A stretch of 61,991 bases of DNA, filler included, from Nitrospinota bacterium (GTDB lineage Bacteria > JAUXIQ01), in NCBI GenBank assembly GCA_030620925.1. It is 15 parts of 15 records of this genome, joined end to end, with 100 filler letters (N's around TTAATTAATTAA, not from the genome) between each part and the next. Parts side by side here need not be neighbours in the genome. Positions count along the whole stretch, not along the records: positions 8,446 to 11,484 come from JAUXIQ010000370.1; positions 11,585 to 14,318 come from JAUXIQ010000414.1; positions 14,419 to 17,220 come from JAUXIQ010000404.1; positions 17,321 to 21,676 come from JAUXIQ010000227.1; 11 more parts are not named here. One strand, given 5' to 3'. This document shows positions 9,788 through 18,759 of this stretch, piece by piece (position 1 is the first letter of the stretch; each line of letters begins with the position of its first letter). The notes beneath the pieces are model-generated. The model was given only the letters and a program-made list of their open reading frames with translations. It did no database searches and was not told the DNA's origin. Made by a program: the position numbers and the translations under genes.

Positions 9788-10585
9788 ATGGGAGATAATG
9801 TACTTTACGAAAAGCGGGATAAAATAGGATACGTTACGCTTAACCGACCTAAGGTGCATAATTGTATCGACGTGGAGACTTCCGAAGAAGTTATAGCCAT
9901 CTGGGAGGAGATTAAGCGAGACCCGGATGTCCAGGTGGTGATCTTAACGGGAGCGGGAGACGAGGCTTTCTGCTCCGGTGCGGATTTGAAAAAACTTATT
10001 CCTTATATCAGAGAGCAGTCGGAAGAGGATAACAGGAGAAGGGCGTTCCAAGGGCCGGGGTGGTGCGGCATATCCGGAGGTTATAAGATATATACTCCCA
10101 TCATTGCCGCCATCAATGGATACTGTATCGCCGGCGGGCATGAACTGGCGGAATTCTGCGATATCAGGGTCGCCGCTGACCACTCCGTTTTCGGCCACCA
10201 GGAAATCAAATGGGGCCTTATGCCTGGAGACGGGGGATGCTCAAGACTCTGGAGGATAGTCGGTCTGGGAAGAGCCCTGGAGATCATCCTGACCGGAAGA
10301 CTTTATGATGCGCAGGAAGCGTACAGGATAGGTTTCGTCAACCATCTTGTTCCCCTGAAAGACCTCATGGGAAAAGCGGAAGAGATAGCAGGGGCCATTG
10401 CCGATAACGGTCCTCTGGCTGTCAGAGCCGCCAAGGAGGCTGTTTTGAACAGCGTAGGGAAACCGCTGGATGAAGGGATCAAGTTTGAGACCGACGCCTT
10501 CAGCTATCTTTGCCGTTCAGAGGACTGGATGACAGGCCAGCAGGCGTTTCTCACAAAAACCAAAGCCGAGTTTAAGGGAAGGTAA
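9788..10585 (+). CDS. Enoyl-CoA hydratase/isomerase family protein
   Basis: Motifs VTLNRP, AFCSGADL, IAAINGYCIAGGHELA, EIKWGLMPG. AGGAGG precedes ATG 9788. Confidence 0.92.
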   Translation: MGDNVLYEKRDKIGYVTLNRPKVHNCIDVETSEEVIAIWEEIKRDPDVQVVILTGAGDEAFCSGADLKKLIPYIREQSEEDNRRRAFQGPGWCGISGGYKIYTPIIAAINGYCIAGGHELAEFCDIRVAADHSVFGHQEIKWGLMPGDGGCSRLWRIVGLGRALEIILTGRLYDAQEAYRIGFVNHLVPLKDLMGKAEEIAGAIADNGPLAVRAAKEAVLNSVGKPLDEGIKFETDAFSYLCRSEDWMTGQQAFLTKTKAEFKGR

Positions 10586-10856
10586 GTTAATCATTGTAGT
10601 AGCAGAGGTTCTACTTTAAAATTTATCCGCCATCAGTTACAGACTCGAGTTTCGTGATATCTTGTGGGTGTAGAGGGGAGGTGTTATAATCAAAACGATA
10701 ATCCTCTCATCTGTTTTGCATCAAACCATAAGACCAAAATCTAATCCACTGCGGGATTTGCCTTCATGGTTTAGTTCCAAGATAATAAGGATTCCCATTC
10801 AAGAGTTCGGAGAATTCACCCTTCTCCTCTAATAAAATTTTCAAGCAGGAGGCGAA

Positions 10857-11484
10857 ATGGCGACGCGAATTATCATGCCCAAACTGGGCATGACTATGAC
10901 TGAAGGAACGGTGGTGCGATGGCGGAAGAAAGAGGGGGAGCGGGTTGAGAAGGGGGAAGTTATCCTGGAGATAATGTCGGAGAAAATCGAATACGAGGTG
11001 GATGCTCCCGAATCAGGGGTTCTGGGCAAGGTAATCGGAGTGGAAGAGGAGGTCTATCCCATCGGAGCTATACTGGCAGTGATAGTCGATGAGGGGGAGG
11101 AAGTCCCTGAGGAGCTCGTAAAGGCTGCTGCTGCACTCCCGGCGACACCTGCGGAGAGCCAGGTCAAAGCGGCTCCTCCTCCGACCAGGGCGGCGGCCGG
11201 CGCCCCTGGTGAGCGGATGAAGATATCCCCCGCCGCGAGGAAGATGGCGCAGGAGATGGGGGTGGATATAACGACCCTTGCGGGGAGCGGACCGGATGGG
11301 CGAATCATCAAGGAAGACATATTAAGAGCCGCCGGGCAGGGGGCCCCAGCCGTTGGAGAAGCCGCTCCGAGACCGGTCAGCGGAGTCGAGGTGCTGGACG
11401 TCATCCCTATCAAAGGAGTGCGCAAGGTCATCGCCGATAGAATGCAGCAGAGCTGGAACAACACCCCCCGGGTTACGGAAGTCA
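10857..11484 (+). CDS. 2-oxoacid dehydrogenase E2 (dihydrolipoamide acyltransferase), partial
   Basis: Lipoyl domain MPKLGMTMTEG...EIMSEKIEYEV; E3-binding domain ISPAARKMA...GSGPDGRIIKEDI. Confidence 0.92.
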
Positions 11485-11760
11485 NNNNNNNNNNNNNNNN
11501 NNNNNNNNNNNNNNNNNNNNNNNNNNNNTTAATTAATTAANNNNNNNNNNNNNNNNNNNNNNNNNNNNNNNNNNNNNNNNNNNNCGTTTTTATTATAAGG
11601 GAAATTTTTGGTCGATGCACGGACATCCGCACTATATTATCACTGAAGAAATATCGCGCGAAAGTGATCGAGAATACCAGGCGGCGAAAACCCCTAAATG
11701 AAGGTTAAAAAAGCGTTTCTATCCTGCCTCTTGCACCGATTCTTAATTTAACAGCTCTGT

Positions 11761-11790
11761 TTGACCCTGGCAACCGGACTCTGATATAAT
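11761..11790 (+). promoter_or_regulatory. Sigma70-type promoter for the DUF169-MtaA pair
   Basis: TTGACC-18nt-TATAAT with extended -10 TG. Confidence 0.55.
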
Positions 11791-11863
11791 TCAGTCCCTT
11801 GCAGCCCCGAAAGAAGGCGTTAAACATAGAAAGCCCTTAAATAACCGAGAGGATGTGAAAAAA

Positions 11864-12661
11864 ATGGTGGATGTGAAAAAAGTAAGTGAGGCCATTGATA
11901 ATCATATCAAACCGGCCACTTTCCCCATAGCGATCAAGATGCTGGAAAACCTCGATGACGTCCCGGAAAAAGCCCGATTCCCCTTGAAGGATTTCGGCAA
12001 GCGCTTCAGCCTGTGCCAGGCCTGGAACATGAGCAGACGGTTCGGCTGGACAATCTGCTGCACATCCCGGGATATGCAGTGCTCCCTGGGCAGCGTGGCC
12101 ATGGGCTTCGAGGAACCCATAGATTTCTATGCCCGGGGGCATCTCTGTGAGGGGATGTATACCGGGGACACCGAGGCGGGGGAAAAAACCGAAGCGGAAA
12201 CTGATAAGTTCGCCGTGGGGAAATACGAGGCGATCGTTTTCGCCCCCGTGGCCCGGGCCGGTTTTGAGCCCGACGTACTGGTTATCTACGGGAACTCGGC
12301 CCAGGTAATGCGGCTGGTACACGGCGCCCTCTTCAAAAGAGGAGGCCGGATTACCTCCTCCTTCTCAGGAAGGATGGACTGCGCCGACCTGATAGTCACC
12401 CCCTTGATCACGGGCGAGCCGCAGGTCATCCTGCCCTGCTACGGAGATCGAATATTCGGCCAGACCCAGGACCACGAGATGGCCTTCTCCGTCCCCTGGA
12501 GCTGGATGGAAGAAATATTAGAGGGTCTGGAGGGAACCCACAAAGGCGGGGTGCGCTATCCTATTCCCAATTTCATGAACTACGAAGGAATATTCCCCCC
12601 CAAATACCAGGAACTTGCCGAGATGTGGGAGGAGCAGAAGACAGAAGGAGAGAAGAAATGA
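11864..12661 (+). CDS. DUF169 domain protein
   Basis: Motifs PIAIKM, SLCQAW, CSLG..AMGF, EPDVLVIYGNSAQVMRL, CAD, PCYGDR, HEMAF. Alternative start GTG 11855. Confidence 0.85.
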   Translation: MVDVKKVSEAIDNHIKPATFPIAIKMLENLDDVPEKARFPLKDFGKRFSLCQAWNMSRRFGWTICCTSRDMQCSLGSVAMGFEEPIDFYARGHLCEGMYTGDTEAGEKTEAETDKFAVGKYEAIVFAPVARAGFEPDVLVIYGNSAQVMRLVHGALFKRGGRITSSFSGRMDCADLIVTPLITGEPQVILPCYGDRIFGQTQDHEMAFSVPWSWMEEILEGLEGTHKGGVRYPIPNFMNYEGIFPPKYQELAEMWEEQKTEGEKK

Positions 12662-13689
12662 GTTCTTATATAGGCAGAGACCACGTGAGGGCGGCTTACA
12701 AAAGGGAGTTTACCGACCGGGTGCCCAGTTATCCCATTCTGGGGGCTTACAACGCTCGGGAACTGGGTTACAGCTTCAAGGAGTTCCTGACCGATCCCCG
12801 GAAGCTGGCGGAATGCCAGATAAAATCTTACGAAATCTATGAACCCGACGTGGTGGTGGTCATGGCCGACCTCAACATGGAAGCCGAGGCGGCCGGGAAC
12901 GAGCTGATCTTCCCCGACAACACTATCTGCCAGATAAAAAAATACGTTCTGGAGGATAAAGGCAACCTGGCAAAGCTCAATATGCCCGACCCCGAAAAGG
13001 ACGGCAGGCTCCCATACTACCTGGCTGCCTGCGAGGAGGTGAGTGCGGCCATCAAGGAATCACCCGTGGGAGGCGTAATCGTCGGCCCCTGGGCAATCGC
13101 CATTACCATGAGGGGCGCCGAGCGGCTGCTGATGGATACCGCGGACGACCCGGCTTTCGTTCACGACCTGATGCGTTTCGCCACGGAGCTGGCCAACAAA
13201 TTCGGGGAGAAAGTTGCGGCGGCCGGAGTGGGGCTGAGCTATTCCGAGGCGCCGGCCTCCTGCAGCCTCATCTCACCCCCGATATACAAGGAGTTCATTA
13301 AACCCTACCACACGGAGATGGTGAACCACTTCAAAGAGCGGAAGACGGGCATAACCATGCACGTCTGCGGGTATATCGATCCCATAATTGACGACCTGGT
13401 GGAGACCGGCTGCTCGGGGATCAGCATAGACTCGCCCACTTCGCTGGAAAAGACGGTGCAGGCCGCCGAAGGCAAGTCGGTGGTCATAGGCAACGTGCCC
13501 ACGGACCTGTTCGTCATGGGAACCAGCGAACAGATGGAAGCCGACATCAGGCGCTGCCTGGATATCGCCGCCGACAAGAGCGGCTTCATCCTCGCCTCAG
13601 GGTGTGAGGTGCCTCCAAACGCCGAAAAAGAGCTGGTCCAGCGTTTCTGCGACTACGCCCGTACTTACGGCAGCTACGAAAGAGATTGA
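12658..13689 (+). CDS. MtaA/CmuA-like methylcobamide methyltransferase (uroporphyrinogen decarboxylase family)
   Basis: Motifs DRVPSYP, EAEAAG, GPWAIA, zinc-type HVCG and ASGCEVP. ATGA overlap with DUF169. Confidence 0.85.
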   Translation: MSSYIGRDHVRAAYKREFTDRVPSYPILGAYNARELGYSFKEFLTDPRKLAECQIKSYEIYEPDVVVVMADLNMEAEAAGNELIFPDNTICQIKKYVLEDKGNLAKLNMPDPEKDGRLPYYLAACEEVSAAIKESPVGGVIVGPWAIAITMRGAERLLMDTADDPAFVHDLMRFATELANKFGEKVAAAGVGLSYSEAPASCSLISPPIYKEFIKPYHTEMVNHFKERKTGITMHVCGYIDPIIDDLVETGCSGISIDSPTSLEKTVQAAEGKSVVIGNVPTDLFVMGTSEQMEADIRRCLDIAADKSGFILASGCEVPPNAEKELVQRFCDYARTYGSYERD

Positions 13690-13714
13690 AACCCGATATA
13701 ATTTCTTTCATTTA

Positions 13715-14135
13715 AGTAGTAGGGACGGGTTTGATCCCGCCGCACGCGGGATTACGTTCAGAATGACATGATGCGGAGTCGCCCTTGATCACCCTCCCTC
13801 TTTCCCTCCCCTCAAGGAGGGAGACTCTAGTAATTCTGAGTCGTACATAGGGCGGCATCTTGCCGCCCAAAACAACTACTGTAAGAGCGCCTTCCAGGCA
13901 CTATATTGCAGGAATCCAGCACAGCACCATCGTCATTCTCAAAAGTTTTGGGAGGGTGCACGAGGGAACCATTTTACAAAAGGGTTCCCTCGTGTGGCTC
14001 AAAGTTAACCCTTCGTAAGAAGGGTTAACTTAAAAAGTGGAGACAATTCATGAATTGTCTCCGCGTGAAAAAGAGGTTTTCATATATATTGGTTCTCTTC
14101 ATATCAGGGGCACGGCAAGCCGTGCCTCTATGAAA
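13715..14135. repeat. Mosaic cluster of REP-like and palindromic repeats
   Basis: Hairpins gggcggcatcttgccgccc, ggcacggcaagccgtgcc, cacgagggaacc...ggttccctcgtg and aagttaacccttcgtaagaagggttaactt. 13778-13833 is a near copy of the reverse complement of 51192-51248. Confidence 0.8.
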
Positions 14136-14195
14136 AACTTCCATTTTCCATTGCCTTCTATCTCCCCCTTGACCCCACGTGCAGCATTGGTAGGA

Positions 14196-14318
14196 TTACG
14201 GCAAAAGCTTGCGCCCTTTGATCACATAGAGGCTGCCGAGGTCTTCATCGCCGCTGTCGAAAACCTTATCCTCTCTTATTCCCAGGAAATATTCGGTCTC
14301 TATCCGAAAAAATTTCGA
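14196..14318 (-). CDS. C-terminal fragment of a hypothetical protein (5' part lost at contig end)
   Basis: Open frame SKFFRIETEYFLGIREDKVFDSGDEDLGSLYVIKGRKLLP*, converging on the repeat cluster. Confidence 0.45.
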   Translation of the reverse strand, partial: SKFFRIETEYFLGIREDKVFDSGDEDLGSLYVIKGRKLLP

Positions 14319-14418
14319 NNNNNNNNNNNNNNNNNNNNNNNNNNNNNNNNNNNNNNNNNNNNTTAATTAATTAANNNNNNNNNNNNNNNNNNNNNNNNNN
14401 NNNNNNNNNNNNNNNNNN

Positions 14419-14549
14419 GGCTGGTGGCCGAGAATGAGGAGGCGGAGGAGAGGCTGGCGGGGGCCGGCACAAGACATGAGGTGGAGCTCATCGCCGGTGA
14501 AGAAATCTTCGATATCATTAACCAGAGTAAAACCGTTATCAGATATTAG
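14419..14549 (+). CDS. DsrF/TusC-like protein, C-terminal fragment
   Basis: LVAENEEAEERL...VELIAGEEIFDIINQSKTVIRY* resembles the DsrE/F-family C-terminus; sulfur-relay context. Confidence 0.55.
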
Positions 14550-14574
14550 ACGAAAACAGATCGTGGGGTAGACC

Positions 14575-15507
14575 ATGAGCGAGAGCAACGTAGTTGCCAA
14601 CAGAAACACCAAAGGTCATACCCGATCCATAATAGATTTAATAGGGAACACCCCTTTGGTGAAGATCAACAACATAACTCCCGACAAGCCGGGGGTGGAA
14701 ATCTACGCCAAGCTGGAATGGTTTAATCCGGGGGGCTCGGTCAAGGACAGGGCGGCCCTGCGCATGATAGAGGACTCTGAAAATTCGGGCCTGCTTAACC
14801 CGGATAAGATCATCGTGGACTCTACTTCGGGAAACACCGGCGTGGCCTACGCCTTGGTGGGCGCGGTGAAAGGCTACAACGTGGAGTTGGTGATGCCCTC
14901 CAACGTGACCATGGAGCGCAAGCGGATCATCGCCGCCTACAAGGCCAAGATAGTCTATTCAGACCCCCTCGAGGGTTCCGACGGGGCACGTCTCCAGGCC
15001 CTACAGATGCTTAAAGACAATCCGGAGAAATATTACCTGCCCTGCCAGTACGACAACGTCTCCAACTGGAAAGCCCACTACGACACGACCGGCGTGGAAA
15101 TATATCACCAGATAGAGGGGCGCGTAACCCATTTCGTGGCGGGCATCGGCACCGGCGGCACGCTCATGGGTGTGGGGAAAAGGCTCAAGGACTACGACCC
15201 CTCCGTACAGGTGTTCGCCGTTGAGCCGGACAACCCCATGCACGGCATCGAGGGCCTCAAACACATGGCCAGCTCCATCATGCCCGGCATCTACGATGAA
15301 AGTTTTCCCGACGGCAAAATCGGCGTCCAGACAGAAGAATCCTACGCCATGGCCCACAGATTGGCCAGCATCGAAGGGCTCTTCGCCGGTCATTCCTCCG
15401 GAGCGGTCATGGTGGGGGCACTGGAGATTGCTAAAAGAATAGACCGCGGAGTCATCGTCACCCTGTTCCCCGACGGCGGAGACCGCTACCTGAGCACGGG
15501 TCTTTAA
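14575..15507 (+). CDS. cysM: PLP-dependent cysteine synthase (CysM-type)
   Basis: Motifs IGNTPLV, KLEWFNPGGSVKDR, STSGNTG, GIGTGGT, PDGGDRYLS. Confidence 0.9.
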   Translation: MSESNVVANRNTKGHTRSIIDLIGNTPLVKINNITPDKPGVEIYAKLEWFNPGGSVKDRAALRMIEDSENSGLLNPDKIIVDSTSGNTGVAYALVGAVKGYNVELVMPSNVTMERKRIIAAYKAKIVYSDPLEGSDGARLQALQMLKDNPEKYYLPCQYDNVSNWKAHYDTTGVEIYHQIEGRVTHFVAGIGTGGTLMGVGKRLKDYDPSVQVFAVEPDNPMHGIEGLKHMASSIMPGIYDESFPDGKIGVQTEESYAMAHRLASIEGLFAGHSSGAVMVGALEIAKRIDRGVIVTLFPDGGDRYLSTGL

Positions 15508-15509
15508 CC

Positions 15510-15977
15510 ATGTTCAAAGTGAGCAAGACAAACATGGAGATTCTGTATCAACACGCAGCCCGGGAGTACCCGCATGAATGCTGCGGGGTGATAATCGGCG
15601 GCAAGGGCGGAGGACCGGCGGAGTACCAGGTGCGCGAACTCACCAATATTCAGAACCGGCTCCACCGCGAAGACCCCCAGGCGCACCCCAGAGACGCCCG
15701 CACCGCCTATCAGATTGACCCCGAGGAATTTTACAAAATCATCAAGGAAACCGAAGCTGACCAACTGGAAATCAAAGCCGTATATCATTCGCATCCTGAG
15801 AACCCCGTATATTTTTCACAGGAAGACGAAGAGAAAGCACTCATCTGGGGTGATCCCCCCTGCAACTATTATCTGATAATGTCCATATACGACGGCGTAG
15901 TAAAAGAAGAAGGGGTGTTCCGCTGGGAACCCTCCTCCAGGACTTTCCTGAGAGAAGAAGTAGAGCAGGAGCAATGA
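15510..15977 (+). CDS. JAMM/M67 metallopeptidase (Mec/CysO-cysteine peptidase-like)
   Basis: YPHECCG and JAMM motif YHSHP...FSQED. Confidence 0.9.
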   Translation: MFKVSKTNMEILYQHAAREYPHECCGVIIGGKGGGPAEYQVRELTNIQNRLHREDPQAHPRDARTAYQIDPEEFYKIIKETEADQLEIKAVYHSHPENPVYFSQEDEEKALIWGDPPCNYYLIMSIYDGVVKEEGVFRWEPSSRTFLREEVEQEQ

Positions 15978-16234
15978 AGACGCTGCACATAGTGCGAGAA
16001 CGTAACGACTCGCTGGCCCTCAGGGCCATTGAGGAAAACAGACGCCAGGGAAGTGGAGAAGTGGGGGTGCTGCTGCTGCACGACTCCGTCCTCTCCGCGC
16101 TGCCGGAAGGAGTGCTCGCTTTCGCCTGCAAGGACGACGTGGAAGCCAGGGGGATCGACGTCCCCTACCCCGCCGTAGACTACAGGGAAATAGTGAAGCT
16201 CCTATTCAAATACGATTCGGTGATCACCTGGTAA
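15974..16234 (+). CDS. DsrH/TusB family sulfur-relay protein
   Basis: Motifs MKTLHIV, VLLLHDSV, DDVEARGI, VDYREIVKL...VITW. Confidence 0.82.
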   Translation: MKTLHIVRERNDSLALRAIEENRRQGSGEVGVLLLHDSVLSALPEGVLAFACKDDVEARGIDVPYPAVDYREIVKLLFKYDSVITW

Positions 16235-16266
16235 TAACACAATTCCCCTCGAAAGGAGGTGAGAAC

Positions 16267-16620
16267 ATGGCCACAATAGGATTTCTTCTAACCACTGGAC
16301 CCTACCAAGTACAGAACTATGAAACACTTGCCAACACGGCGGAAGCGGCCCTGGACAAGGGGCACCAGGTCAAGATTTTCCTGTACCTGGACGGCGTTTA
16401 CAACCCCATCAAGTACCAGAAATTCCCCGACATGGAGATTCTGCCCATGCACAAGTTCGAAAAACTGTTGTCCAAGGGTGCGGAGATCACCGCCTGCGGC
16501 ATCTGCGTTAACGCCCGCGGCCTGGAAGGCGGGAAAGATTTCATGGAAGGGGTAAAAGTGGGTGGTCTGCCCGATTTCGCCGAAATAGTCGGCGAAGTGG
16601 ACCGCCTGGTAACCCTGTAA
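16267..16620 (+). CDS. DsrE/TusD family sulfurtransferase
   Basis: Motifs TGPY, IFLYLDGVY, ACGICVNARG (active-site Cys region), GGL; strong AGGAGG. Confidence 0.88.
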   Translation: MATIGFLLTTGPYQVQNYETLANTAEAALDKGHQVKIFLYLDGVYNPIKYQKFPDMEILPMHKFEKLLSKGAEITACGICVNARGLEGGKDFMEGVKVGGLPDFAEIVGEVDRLVTL

Positions 16621-16670
16621 GCAAGGGGGAATTCCCCCTATGAAAACAGTCAACAGGGAGGTATGAACCG

Positions 16671-17021
16671 TTGGCAGAGAAAAAAGTGGTAGTGAGCATT
16701 AACCATGCGCCCTACGGGACCATCTTTTATACAGAGGGTCTCAGGGCGGCGGTGGGTATTACCGCTGGAATTGATGAACACTCGGTTAACACTCTATTCC
16801 TGGGGGATGGAGTCTATTACACCCTGAAGGACGTCAACCGAGATGATGCAGCCGGGTATCTCAACACTCTCAACGACCTGGGCGCAAGGCTTTACGCCGA
16901 GGAAGAATCTCTGGGAGAGCGAAACATCTCTCCCCAGCAGTTGGCCGATGACGTGGAAGTAATTCCCCGGAGCAAGGTTCTGGAATTCTTCCAGGAAGCG
17001 GACTGCAACGTAGATTTTTAA
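16671..17021 (+). CDS. DsrF/TusC family protein
   Basis: Motifs HAPYGT..TEGLRAA, LFLGDGVY, ESLGERNI. Confidence 0.85.
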   Translation: MAEKKVVVSINHAPYGTIFYTEGLRAAVGITAGIDEHSVNTLFLGDGVYYTLKDVNRDDAAGYLNTLNDLGARLYAEEESLGERNISPQQLADDVEVIPRSKVLEFFQEADCNVDF

Positions 17022-17035
17022 GGAGGCACACTGTA

Positions 17036-17220
17036 ATGGGACTCTATTTAGTGGATAAGTTTTACGGCCAGACCGGCCTCACCCTGGCCTCGGCGGACAA
17101 GGAGGCCAAGGTAGTGCTCCTCCAGGACGGCGTTTACCTCGATACCACCCAGCTATCGGGAGCAGAGGTCTACGCCATATCAGAGGACATCGAAAAGAGG
17201 GGTCTTCAGGAGATTGTCCC
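17036..17220 (+). CDS. Second DsrH/TusB family protein, partial
   Basis: VVLLQDGVY...VYAISEDIEKRGL; truncated at contig end. Confidence 0.8.
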
Positions 17221-17320
17221 NNNNNNNNNNNNNNNNNNNNNNNNNNNNNNNNNNNNNNNNNNNNTTAATTAATTAANNNNNNNNNNNNNNNNNNNNNNNN
17301 NNNNNNNNNNNNNNNNNNNN

Positions 17321-17758
17321 AACGACAAACATATCGAAACGGTGGTTCGGCAGATGATGCGCAGGGTCAGCGTGGATGACCCCGGAGATACCGACTTCAT
17401 GGTTCATGAGCATGTGGCCAAGCAGGAGTTCCAGGCCAGGAACGAGGAAGTGATAGCCCAGGGCGGCGCGCCCGCTAAAGGGCGGCCCATGCTGCTGGGC
17501 ATAACCGCAGCGTCTCTGGGCACCGACAGCTTCATCTCCGCCGCTTCCTTCCAGGAGACCACCAAGGTGCTCACCCAGGCCAGTGTGTCGGGAAGTGTGG
17601 ACTACTTGAAGGGTCTCAAAGAGAACGTGATAATGGGGCGGCTCATACCCGCCGGTACTGGCGTGAGAACCTATTACAACCCTGAAGTTGAAGAGACGGA
17701 ACAAGAGGAAGAGGAAGAAGAAAGCGGCCTGCAAGAGATAGCCGCAACAGGTTCTTAG
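17321..17758 (+). CDS. rpoC: RNA polymerase beta' subunit, 3' fragment
   Basis: Motifs [44 protein letters not shown]. Confidence 0.97.
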   Translation, partial: NDKHIETVVRQMMRRVSVDDPGDTDFMVHEHVAKQEFQARNEEVIAQGGAPAKGRPMLLGITAASLGTDSFISAASFQETTKVLTQASVSGSVDYLKGLKENVIMGRLIPAGTGVRTYYNPEVEETEQEEEEEESGLQEIAATGS

Positions 17759-17795
17759 ACGACGTGATTGGACATTCAAAGAGGGGAGGTGTTGC

Positions 17796-18167
17796 TTGCC
17801 GACCATCAATCAACTGGTCAGGAAGGGGCGACGGACCAAGAAGAATACCAGTAACAGCCCGGCGTTGATGAGATGTCCCCAAAAACGGGGTGTATGTGTA
17901 CGGGTTTATACCTCAACTCCCAAAAAGCCTAACTCGGCTTTAAGGAAAGTGGCCAGGGTGAGGCTGACTAACGGAATAGAGGTTACCACCTACATACCGG
18001 GTATCGGCCACAACCTGCAAGAGCACGCCGTGGTGCTCATACGCGGGGGAAGAGTCAAGGACCTTCCAGGTGTCAGGTATCACATTGTCAGAGGCACGCA
18101 GGACGCCATGGGCGTTCAGGACAGGAAGCAGGGTAGATCCAAGTACGGGGCGAAAAAGCCCAAATAG
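17796..18167 (+). CDS. rpsL: 30S ribosomal protein S12
   Basis: Motifs [31 protein letters not shown]. Confidence 0.99.
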   Translation: MPTINQLVRKGRRTKKNTSNSPALMRCPQKRGVCVRVYTSTPKKPNSALRKVARVRLTNGIEVTTYIPGIGHNLQEHAVVLIRGGRVKDLPGVRYHIVRGTQDAMGVQDRKQGRSKYGAKKPK

Positions 18168-18230
18168 TTGAGCATTTAAACCTTCACCCGGTTCATTAAT
18201 GAATGGGCTTGCCCATTTGGAGTAGCGAAA

Positions 18231-18701
18231 ATGCCCAGAAGGAAAGTGGTTACAAAAAGGCCAATTATACCGGATCCCGTTTACGGGGATGAACTGGTGA
18301 CCAAGTTTATCAACAACTTGATGTGGGGCGGAGAGAAGAGCGTCGCCGAGAGGGTCTTTTATGGCGCCATGGACATAATAAAGTCCAAGTCCAATGATGA
18401 CCCCGTGAAGGTGTTCAAGCGCGCCGTGGACAACACCAAGCCCCAGCTGGAAGTGAAATCGAGGAGGGTTGGGGGAGCGACTTATCAGGTCCCGATCGAG
18501 GTGAGAATGGCGAGGGGGCTTTCCCTGAGCATCCGCTGGCTCATTCAGAGCTCTAGAGCCCGCAAAGAGTACACCATGAAAGAGAGACTGGCCGCCGAGC
18601 TGATGGATGCCGCCAACAACACCGGAACGACCATAAAGAAGAGAGAAGACACGCACAGGATGGCTGAAGCCAATAAAGCGTTCTCCCATTACAGGTGGTA
18701 G
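18231..18701 (+). CDS. rpsG: 30S ribosomal protein S7
   Basis: Motifs [31 protein letters not shown]. Confidence 0.99.
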   Translation: MPRRKVVTKRPIIPDPVYGDELVTKFINNLMWGGEKSVAERVFYGAMDIIKSKSNDDPVKVFKRAVDNTKPQLEVKSRRVGGATYQVPIEVRMARGLSLSIRWLIQSSRARKEYTMKERLAAELMDAANNTGTTIKKREDTHRMAEANKAFSHYRW

Positions 18702-18759
18702 GGAGTCGCGGGTGTGAGTGAGAGTATAACTATAAGCTTGGGATATTAAACTTAGATCA

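Noticed and set aside
13715-14135. Repeat clusters (also 32916-33227 and 50860-51335) as CRISPR or attC arrays
   Set aside because: No identical direct repeats with regular unique spacers, no cas or integrase gene, and no cassette ORFs between the units.
14037-14318. Plus-strand 109-aa ORF
   Set aside because: Runs through repeat DNA and into the N linker; the minus-strand fragment is more protein-like.
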